A stretch of DNA of 35,211 nt from an uncultured Candidatus Saccharibacteria bacterium (GTDB taxonomy: Bacteria > Patescibacteriota > Minisyncoccia > Phycocordibacterales > UBA918), in assembly GCA_964423385.1 (NCBI GenBank), contig CAYRER010000004.1, positions 1 through 35,211 on the forward strand, read 5' to 3'. Positions within the stretch are counted from its first letter, which is position 1, and each line of letters starts with the position of its first letter. This document shows positions 8,737 through 16,383 of this stretch, piece after piece. The position numbers and the translations under genes were made by a program. The notes beneath the pieces were generated by a model. The model was not told the DNA's origin, searched no databases, and saw only the letters and a program-made list of their open reading frames with translations.

Positions 8737-9588
8737 CTATCTTATATCGGAAAAAGTCGAAAGTACAATGCCACTTTCAGTGACAAGTCTTCGGAGTCCC
8801 GGGTCGGTAAGTGTCTCAAGCTCCTCCTCACGGTGCGCGTCAATATAATTTTCAAATGTTTCCGGGGCAAAGCCGGGATGGCATGAGAGTTCGGTAGTCC
8901 CCGACGGGAGATTCTTGAAGACTGCTGTGAGCCGCTCCACAGTGAACTGCCTGCTCAAGGACACGCCGATGAGCCGGTCGGGTGATTTGATACCGCTCTT
9001 TTGTAGAAGATGCCGGTTGTATGGAGCAAAGAGCGTCATGATAAGGAGCTTCGTGAACTGTCCGGGGTTCGTGAGCGTCCGTACTGTCGGCAGCTCGTAG
9101 GGGAGGCGGATTGCCGGTATCTGATGCTTCGCCGCAAGAGCGAGGACGATACTAAGTACAAGCGGAAGCGTGTGGAGGTGTTTTTCCGTGTCGAGGTGTG
9201 AGATACGTACTCCCGCCCTGTGCACCTTCTCAATCTGTGCCTCAAACTCGCGGGTGATTTCCTCCCGTGCCTGTCGGGGATGGAGAAGACACCGGAGCAT
9301 AAACCGCGATGGGCTGTGGAGGAACATTCCGCCCGGGGCAAGGTAGGGAGCCGTGGTGAGTGCAGGACCGCGGTGCATATTGAGGTGTACGCCCACATCG
9401 AGTCCCGGTGCCTGTATGAGGGTCGCCACAGCATGCTCAAATCCCGCCATATTCGACATGAGCGAGACGCTCGTCACGATGCCTTCCCGGTGAGCCTTCA
9501 GGATTCCTTCGGTAACCTCGGTGCTTTCTCCGAAATCATCGGCATTTACAATGAGGTGTTTCCCTGGCGCAGTCTTCTCCTGATACAT
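8737..9588 (-). CDS. YdjC/ChbG/HpnK-family carbohydrate deacetylase
   Basis: HLIVNADDFGES...GIVTSVSLMSNM...DVGVHLNM matches the YdjC family. I prefer the ATG at 9588 (MYQEKTAPG); the ORF is open up to 9660. The gene lies 16 nt upstream of the GT2 gene on the same strand. Confidence 0.8.
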   Translation of the reverse strand: MYQEKTAPGKHLIVNADDFGESTEVTEGILKAHREGIVTSVSLMSNMAGFEHAVATLIQAPGLDVGVHLNMHRGPALTTAPYLAPGGMFLHSPSRFMLRCLLHPRQAREEITREFEAQIEKVHRAGVRISHLDTEKHLHTLPLVLSIVLALAAKHQIPAIRLPYELPTVRTLTNPGQFTKLLIMTLFAPYNRHLLQKSGIKSPDRLIGVSLSRQFTVERLTAVFKNLPSGTTELSCHPGFAPETFENYIDAHREEELETLTDPGLRRLVTESGIVLSTFSDIR

Positions 9589-9677
9589 GACCCAAGTATA
9601 CACGTTTCGGGGGCGGGGCGTGCATTGCCGGGCAATAGTCATTTTCAGGGAGATGTGCAATTATAGAGACACTCAAA

Positions 9678-10409
9678 ATGGCAAATCCGGGAGACAATCT
9701 GGTCGAGCACTACAGCACCATTGACGACGTGTCATCCGACTTCAGAAATGCCAATCTCATCAGCCTCGTCACCTCGCTCGTTTCCGGGGAGACGGTCGTC
9801 GATATCGGTTCGGGGAGCGGTTTCCTTGCCGGTATGCTCCAGAGAAGCGGGAAGAAGGTCACCGGCATTGAACCGGAGCCGGGCCTGTGTGACCTCTCCC
9901 GTCGCCTCAATCCTGATGTTGCGGTCATTGCCGGCAAGGCAGAGGAGATTGACGCACTCGTGACCGAGCCGGTCGATACGGTCGTCATGGCTGACGTCCT
10001 CGAGCACATCGAACACGACGGCGAGCAGGTGCAGAAGATTCACGGCGTTCTCCGTGAGAACGGAGAGTTTGTTCTCGTCGTGCCTGCCCACCCGTTTCTT
10101 TTCGGGGAACGAGACCGGCAGATGGGGCACTACCGGAGGTACACGAAGGCGACGCTCACCCGGGTGCTCACGGCGGGCGGTTTCCGTCTCGAGCGTGTAC
10201 GTTACTGGAATGCGCTCGGGGTGCTTCCGTATCTCATTGCGGAGAAGGTGCTCCGCCGTCCGCTCCGGGCAGAGTTCCGTGACGGCAAGAAGAAGGGATT
10301 TTTCTCACGGGCAGTGCGGCGGATGCTTCACCTCTGGTTTCGGCATATCGAGAACCGGTGTAACTTTGGGTTCGGGTTGAGTATTATAGCTGTTGCCAGA
10401 AAAGTATAA
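9678..10409 (+). CDS. Class I SAM-dependent methyltransferase
   Basis: SAM motif I VVDIGSGSGFLAG, then VTGIEPE and VVMADVLEHIEHD. Confidence 0.8.
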   Translation: MANPGDNLVEHYSTIDDVSSDFRNANLISLVTSLVSGETVVDIGSGSGFLAGMLQRSGKKVTGIEPEPGLCDLSRRLNPDVAVIAGKAEEIDALVTEPVDTVVMADVLEHIEHDGEQVQKIHGVLRENGEFVLVVPAHPFLFGERDRQMGHYRRYTKATLTRVLTAGGFRLERVRYWNALGVLPYLIAEKVLRRPLRAEFRDGKKKGFFSRAVRRMLHLWFRHIENRCNFGFGLSIIAVARKV

Positions 10410-10413
10410 GCGT

Positions 10414-12177
10414 ATGATGCATACCGTAAAAAAACTGTTCAAGAACCACGCCGCCGCTGTTCTCCTCGCCCTCTTCTTTTCCGTCGTCGTCGCGGCGCCG
10501 CAGGTGTACTTCCGCATCGACAACCGGGAGATGCTCAAAGACGGAGTACAGAGCATCGAGCTCATTCCTGACTCTCCATGGTCTGCCCGCGCGCGGGAAG
10601 TGATGGACGGCCACCCATGGTTTGGCAACATCTACAATAAGGACGGCAAGGATAATCCATACCTCTTCCAGCCCCTCGGCTCCATGGTCGTCGCATATTC
10701 GGGAATGGCGTTCGGTCTCGACATCAACGACACCATTCTTCTCTCACGTCTCGTCTACTCGTTCGTCGTGTTCATGCTCTTCTACGGGTTTGTCTACCTT
10801 CTCTCCCGGGACAAGTTCGCTGCGCTCTCTGCATCCGCCGTACTCCTCTTTGCCGATTCGGTGCTGAGCGCCTTCGGTATCTCCCAGGTGCTCCACGGCT
10901 TAAGTCCGGATTACTTTGTCCGCATGGCCCGCCCGGTCAACCCGGCGATGATTTATGTTTTCTTCATCGGGTTCCTCATTCCGTTCTGGCTTTTCTACCG
11001 CACGCGGCGGTGGCAGTGGGGCGCGGTGAGCGCAGTGGTGCTCGGTCTCAATTTCTACAACTACTTCTACACGTGGACGTACCTCTACGCTTTCGGCGGC
11101 ATTCTCGCTCTTTCCTTTCTCATCCAAAAGAACTGGAGGGAAGCAGTCCGGCTCGGATCGGTGTTTGTCGGCGCACTTCCCATTGCGCTCCTCTACATCG
11201 TGAACCTCCACGAGGTCACCCTTCACCCGGCATACGAGGAGGTCGGTGCACGGTTCGGCATGGTGTACACGCACGGCCCCCTCTTCATCGGGGTTACGGC
11301 GCTTGCGGGAATCATCATCTTCCTCATCGGGTTTCCGCGTGAAGACCGGAGCAGGTACCTCTTTGCGCTCGCGCTCGCGCTCGCACCGATTGTGACTATG
11401 AACCAGCAGATTATCACCGGCAAGGTCCTCCAGCCGGCGCACTACCACTGGTTCTTCCACAAGCCCATCGCCGTCATCCTTGTCACCATTGTTCTCTTCC
11501 ACCTCGTCGGGCGCTTTGCCGGCGACTTCTACAAGAAGATGCTCGCCATTCTCATCGTGTCAGTGAGCATCATCGTCGGCGTATTCACGCAGGTTGAGTC
11601 GTACCAGCACGACCGGCGCGACGGCATCGACATCACCATGGAGCGGCAGAAGTACGGCCCGGTCATGGATTGGTTGAACGAGAACGTAGCAAAGGAGACG
11701 ATGGTGTTCGGCAACAATGAATCGTCGCACCTCGTTGTCATCTACACGCCGCTCAACGTCTACTACCACCGCGCCGCGCCGTTTGCCTCACTCTCCGCTA
11801 CCAAGGCGCGCCAGTACGAGACACTCTTCGCGTTCTACCGGCTTGAGGGTCTCGGGAGCGCAGACGTCCGCGAGCGGTTCTTCGCGGACCGTGTGCGAAT
11901 TTCGGGAGAGATATACGGCATATACTACCGGGAGCTCTTCGGCTCGTACGAGGCAATACCAGACGACAAGATTGAGGAGGCAATTGCCGAGTACCTGAAG
12001 GCACTCGAGACACCCGCCGACATCTGGCTCGAAAACTCTTTCAGGAAGTACGAAGTTGAATACATTGTGTGGGACACGAGGGTTGATCCCCTCTGGCAGC
12101 TCAACAAGTACCCATTCCTTGAAGAGGTGGCAACACTGGGAACAATGAAGATTTACCACGTCGTTCCGAAGCAGTAG
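10414..12177 (+). CDS. Large polytopic membrane protein with a C-terminal soluble domain; putative GT-C-type extracytoplasmic glycosyltransferase
   Basis: About ten or more hydrophobic segments are followed by a roughly 190-aa hydrophilic tail. ATG at 10414 follows the upstream stop; the track ORF starts at a TTG at 10393. The functional call rests only on architecture and neighbourhood. Confidence 0.6.
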   Translation: MMHTVKKLFKNHAAAVLLALFFSVVVAAPQVYFRIDNREMLKDGVQSIELIPDSPWSARAREVMDGHPWFGNIYNKDGKDNPYLFQPLGSMVVAYSGMAFGLDINDTILLSRLVYSFVVFMLFYGFVYLLSRDKFAALSASAVLLFADSVLSAFGISQVLHGLSPDYFVRMARPVNPAMIYVFFIGFLIPFWLFYRTRRWQWGAVSAVVLGLNFYNYFYTWTYLYAFGGILALSFLIQKNWREAVRLGSVFVGALPIALLYIVNLHEVTLHPAYEEVGARFGMVYTHGPLFIGVTALAGIIIFLIGFPREDRSRYLFALALALAPIVTMNQQIITGKVLQPAHYHWFFHKPIAVILVTIVLFHLVGRFAGDFYKKMLAILIVSVSIIVGVFTQVESYQHDRRDGIDITMERQKYGPVMDWLNENVAKETMVFGNNESSHLVVIYTPLNVYYHRAAPFASLSATKARQYETLFAFYRLEGLGSADVRERFFADRVRISGEIYGIYYRELFGSYEAIPDDKIEEAIAEYLKALETPADIWLENSFRKYEVEYIVWDTRVDPLWQLNKYPFLEEVATLGTMKIYHVVPKQ

Positions 12178-12205
12178 AGTCCCTGGAGCAGGCGACTAAC
12201 GGTTC

Positions 12206-13333
12206 ATGAAAGTCATCTACGTAACCTCGTACACGTTCCCATCGACGCGCGCGGAGCCGTACTACCTCAAGTCTATGGCAGAAGCGTTCACGTCGCTTCT
12301 CGGTGACAGCTTCTCTCTCATGGTGCGCGGGCAGGTGCCGGAGGAACTCGCCCACGCACGTGCGACAGCTGTGCCGGCACCCGCACGGTTCAAGGTCCTG
12401 TACTACTTCTTCTGGTTCCCGCGCTTTGTATGGAAGGAGAAATTGAGCAGCCGGGAGGTTCTCTTCATGTCGAACGACCCGTACCTCCTCGCCGTCTTCA
12501 TTTTCTGGCGAAAGGCACTCCGCCTCAAATACCGCGTCTGCTCCGATTGGCACCAGCTCTTTGAAGACTGGAAGGACGGGTTTGTTGCGCGTAGCAGTGA
12601 CTACCTCATCGCGACGACCGGCCGGCTCAAGGGGTTCATTTCGTCGATTCCGGGGGTGAAGCCGGAGCGGATTCTCGTCGCGTACGGCGGCATCGATACC
12701 CGTGCATTCTCCGGCAGACAGAGCCGTACCCGGAAAGAGCGGAGAACCGCGCTCGGACTTCCTCCCGATGCATTCCTCGTGGGCTACGTCGGCGGGTTTA
12801 AGGCAGCGGGGGAGGAGAAAGGTCTTGCTACAATGATTCGATCGCTCCCGTACCTCGATGAGCGGGTCTTTATGGTATTTGTCGGCGGCTCGAAGGACTA
12901 CCACGGCGAGTACCCGATTCTCGCGCGGTCACTCGGCGTCGAAGACCGGTGCATCTTCGTCGGGAAACAGCCCTTTGCGGGAGTTGTCGAGTACGAGCTT
13001 GCGCTTGATGTGCTTGCCATACCGTACCCCGACAAACCCCACTTCAGGAACTACGGTTTTCCTCTCAAGGTCTGGGAGTACCTGGCATCAGGACGCCCCA
13101 TCGTGTACTCAAACCTTGATATCATTGGAGAGGTGCTCGCGGGAAAGGCGACACCGTTTGTTCCTGATGACCCGAAGGATTTTGCGCGGGTGATTGCGCA
13201 CATACAGAACGACCCGCAGGATGCGGAAGAAGCAGCGGAGAAAAATACTGAAGCGGTGCTCGCGTACACGTGGGATGCGCGCGTTTCAAAGATTCTCGAT
13301 TTTATACGTACGCACGAGGTAAGCCAGAACTAA
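12206..13333 (+). CDS. Glycosyltransferase, GT4-like
   Basis: MKVIYVTSYTFPSTRAEPYY N-terminus. Donor-site region GFPLKVWEYLASGRPIVYS. Confidence 0.8.
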   Translation: MKVIYVTSYTFPSTRAEPYYLKSMAEAFTSLLGDSFSLMVRGQVPEELAHARATAVPAPARFKVLYYFFWFPRFVWKEKLSSREVLFMSNDPYLLAVFIFWRKALRLKYRVCSDWHQLFEDWKDGFVARSSDYLIATTGRLKGFISSIPGVKPERILVAYGGIDTRAFSGRQSRTRKERRTALGLPPDAFLVGYVGGFKAAGEEKGLATMIRSLPYLDERVFMVFVGGSKDYHGEYPILARSLGVEDRCIFVGKQPFAGVVEYELALDVLAIPYPDKPHFRNYGFPLKVWEYLASGRPIVYSNLDIIGEVLAGKATPFVPDDPKDFARVIAHIQNDPQDAEEAAEKNTEAVLAYTWDARVSKILDFIRTHEVSQN

Positions 13334-13334
13334 G

Positions 13335-13520
13335 ATGACACTCCAAGGCAAAACACTAGAGGAATCTTTCGGAGAGAAGGTGCGGGCATACAAGGAGTCG
13401 CTCCGCTACTCAAAGAGAGAGCGAAACGCGCTCGTGCAGTCTCCCGTGGCCGACCCGGTGGGGAGCATTGAAGATACCACCCCAGGTGCACGTGATAATT
13501 TTGTATTCGTTGTCGAATAG
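13335..13520 (+). CDS. Small hypothetical protein (61 aa)
   Basis: The ATG lies 1 nt after the GT4 stop codon, a spacing compatible with translational coupling. The protein is hydrophilic and I recognise no motif. Confidence 0.3.
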   Translation: MTLQGKTLEESFGEKVRAYKESLRYSKRERNALVQSPVADPVGSIEDTTPGARDNFVFVVE

Positions 13521-13536
13521 AGGATAATTCAGCAGT

Positions 13537-14187
13537 ATGGCCTATATTTACAACATCTCGAGAGTACTGATGCAGGAGCAGATTAAGAAGATGGGCCCCT
13601 ATATCAAGGGGAAGGTTCTGGATGCGGGGAGCGGAAGTTACAGCCGGTACAGCCATCTCTTTTCAGCAGAATCAGTCGTTCGGCTTGATATGGTTGAGGG
13701 AAAGAACGTCGATGTCGTCGGGAATGTTGAACAGATGCCCTTTTCTGATGGAGAGTTCGACTCAATACTGTCGACTCAGGTTCTTGAGCACGTTGAGTAT
13801 CCAGAGAAGGCAGTTGCAGAGATGTTCAGAGTCTTAAAGACGGGGGGTCATGTGCTCATAACGGTTCCGCAATGGAATGAGCTCCATGAGGAGCCGCATG
13901 ATTTTTGGCGATATACTCGTTTCGGCCTCGAGTCACTTTTTGGAAGGAACGGATTTGACGTGGTCGAGTATGCTCAGGTAGGCGGCTTCTTTTCCACTCG
14001 TATGAAGATGACATCACGGTATCTGATAGACAGATTCAATCTTTACAATAGATTCTATACGCGTGTGGCGTCGGTACTGTTCCATCTCTGGGGAGCTCTT
14101 GCAATCTTGCTGGACAAGCACGACACCAGCGTTGCAAACAGGAGGCACACGATTAACTGGGTCTTCGTGTTCAGGAAGAGGGGTTAG
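13537..14187 (+). CDS. Class I SAM-dependent methyltransferase (Methyltransf_11-like)
   Basis: SAM motif I VLDAGSGSYSRY, then ILSTQVLEHVEYPEKAVAEMFRVLKTGGHVLITVP. Confidence 0.8.
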   Translation: MAYIYNISRVLMQEQIKKMGPYIKGKVLDAGSGSYSRYSHLFSAESVVRLDMVEGKNVDVVGNVEQMPFSDGEFDSILSTQVLEHVEYPEKAVAEMFRVLKTGGHVLITVPQWNELHEEPHDFWRYTRFGLESLFGRNGFDVVEYAQVGGFFSTRMKMTSRYLIDRFNLYNRFYTRVASVLFHLWGALAILLDKHDTSVANRRHTINWVFVFRKRG

Positions 14188-14207
14188 TCCATCGCAACAC
14201 AGTAACA

Positions 14208-15455
14208 ATGAAGATAGTATTCCTTTCCGACGACTTTCCGCCCCAAAGCTTCGGGGGTGCAGGTATTTCTACGTATGAGCTCGCGCGTGGCATGCAAAGG
14301 GCCGGACATAAGGTCTTTGTTATTACTACATGCAGAGACGCAGCGGACGCAAAAACTCTCGTATATGACGGACTGACGATACATAGGATTGCGAGCAACT
14401 ACCATCCCCGGTGGCGTTTCTATCGGAACCTCTGGAATGTACCGGCCGTTCGAAAGGTTGCAGTCTTGCTCAAGGAAATACGGCCGGACGTCGTGCATGC
14501 GAATAATATTCACTACTACCTCTCGTACCGCTGCCTTAAGGTTGCGAAACGATATGCCCCTGCCGTTGTGTTTACGGCCCGGGACCATATGCTGTTTAAC
14601 TTCGGGAAACTAGAGACACGGCAGTATCTAGAAACATTTAATCCTCGTACAACCTGGCGTGATCATCTTCGTCAGGCAGGGAAGCGGTACAATCCGCTCT
14701 ACACCTTCTTTGTGCGCAGATACTTACGGTATGTGGACCGAATCTTTGCCATCAGCAATGCACTCCGTGATGCGATGGAACAGAATGGTATTAAGCCTGT
14801 CAGCGTAATCCATAACGGCATCGAGGCGGATGAATGGAAGATTGAGCAGACTGCCGTACAGCATTTTAGGGAGAAACATAACCTGGTAAATAAGAGGATA
14901 CTTCTCTTCAGTGGACGGTTGAGTTCCTCAAAGGGCGGAGCAAAGGTAATTGAAGCGCTCCGGAGTATCGTGCGGGAGGTTCCCGACGCAGTGCTGCTTG
15001 TCGTCGGCACTATCGATGAATACGCGCGCTCGATGCAGCGCTATGCGGATGCATCTGGCGTCGGTGCACACCTTATATTCTCCGGCTGGATTAACCGGAA
15101 CGAAATCAAATATGCATATGGAGTCGCTGATGTGGTGCTTATGCCGTCAATCTACCTCGAGCCGTTTGGAAGAATAAGCATTGAGGCGATGGCGGCAGGG
15201 AAGCCGGTTGTGGGAACATGCTTCGGCGGTACGCCGGAGGTCGTTGAAGACGGGGTGACCGGGTACATCGTCAATCCGCTCCACCCGGAGGAAATTGCGG
15301 TGAAAACAATCGACCTCCTCAAGAATTCTGAGAAAGCAGTCCAATTTGGAAAGGCGGGACACGCACGGCTCCTTGAACGCTTTTCGTTGGAGGAGAAAGT
15401 CAGGGAGTATATAATGGCGTACGAATCTGTCATTGAGGAGGAGGGGCGTTTATAG
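14208..15455 (+). CDS. Glycosyltransferase, GT4 (canonical)
   Basis: MKIVFLSDDFPPQSFGGAGISTYELARGMQRAGHKV N-terminus. Canonical E-x7-E region PSIYLEPFGRISIEAMAAGKPVVGT. Confidence 0.85.
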   Translation: MKIVFLSDDFPPQSFGGAGISTYELARGMQRAGHKVFVITTCRDAADAKTLVYDGLTIHRIASNYHPRWRFYRNLWNVPAVRKVAVLLKEIRPDVVHANNIHYYLSYRCLKVAKRYAPAVVFTARDHMLFNFGKLETRQYLETFNPRTTWRDHLRQAGKRYNPLYTFFVRRYLRYVDRIFAISNALRDAMEQNGIKPVSVIHNGIEADEWKIEQTAVQHFREKHNLVNKRILLFSGRLSSSKGGAKVIEALRSIVREVPDAVLLVVGTIDEYARSMQRYADASGVGAHLIFSGWINRNEIKYAYGVADVVLMPSIYLEPFGRISIEAMAAGKPVVGTCFGGTPEVVEDGVTGYIVNPLHPEEIAVKTIDLLKNSEKAVQFGKAGHARLLERFSLEEKVREYIMAYESVIEEEGRL

Positions 15456-15475
15456 GCTCACCAGAGAGAATTCAT

Positions 15476-16264
15476 ATGAATACAAAGAAAGTTATCGGAA
15501 TTGTTCCAGCACGAATGGGGTCAAGCCGGCTTCCCGGGAAGGCACTGAAGCCGATTCTCGGCATGCCCATGGTCGGACACTGCTACCTTCGGACGAAGAT
15601 GTGCCAGCTCCTCGACGAGGTGTACATCGCGACGTGCGATGAGGAAATCAAGACCTACGGAGAGAGCATCGGCGCAAAGGTCATCATGACCGCGAACACT
15701 CACGAGCGCGCGATGGACAGAACCGCCGAAGCAATCGAGAAGATTGAAAAGGAGACGGGCGAAGAGGTCGGCATCGTCGTACAGATGCAGGGAGACGAGC
15801 CGATGATTACCCCGGAGATGCTCACCGAGGCGACACAGAAGATGATTGATGATGAATCAATCAACATTATGAACCTTGTGACCCCCATCATCGATAAACG
15901 CGACCTCGAGATTCCCGATACGCTCAAGGTGGTGACCGACCTCAAGGGGAACATGCTCTACTACTCACGCGCAACGATTCCTTTTGATACCGGAAAATAT
16001 GACGGTGAGGTGCCGTACCTGAAGACCCTCGGCATCCACCTCTTCAGGAAGGACTTCCTCTACGAATTCCAGCAGATGGAACCGACCCCGCTTGAAATCA
16101 TCGAGTCGACGGACATGCTCCGCATCCTCCAGCACGGCAAGCCGATTGCGACCTACACGACGAAGACGCACATCTGCGCCGTCGATACGCAGGCAGACCT
16201 CGACCTCGTTGCGTCCCTCATGAAGGGCGACCCGCTCGTACAGACGTACCTTCCTGAGGCCTAA
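15476..16264 (+). CDS. kdsB: 3-deoxy-manno-octulosonate cytidylyltransferase-like (CMP-Kdo synthetase family)
   Basis: IVPARMGSSRLPGKAL, MQGDEPMITP, YYSRATIPFD, LGIHLFRKDF and VDTQADLDLV align block by block with E. coli KdsB (IIPARYASTRLPGKPL, VQGDEPMIP, YFSRATIPWD, VDTPEDLERV). Confidence 0.8.
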   Translation: MNTKKVIGIVPARMGSSRLPGKALKPILGMPMVGHCYLRTKMCQLLDEVYIATCDEEIKTYGESIGAKVIMTANTHERAMDRTAEAIEKIEKETGEEVGIVVQMQGDEPMITPEMLTEATQKMIDDESINIMNLVTPIIDKRDLEIPDTLKVVTDLKGNMLYYSRATIPFDTGKYDGEVPYLKTLGIHLFRKDFLYEFQQMEPTPLEIIESTDMLRILQHGKPIATYTTKTHICAVDTQADLDLVASLMKGDPLVQTYLPEA

Positions 16265-16383
16265 TTTCGCGCAACAATAGGGGTGCTCCCAGAGTTGTAT
16301 ATCTCCGTAGAATCCGGGTTTTTCCCGGTGGTGAAATAGGCCGGATTCGTGTACCATCGGGGAGCATAGGGGGAATACACACA

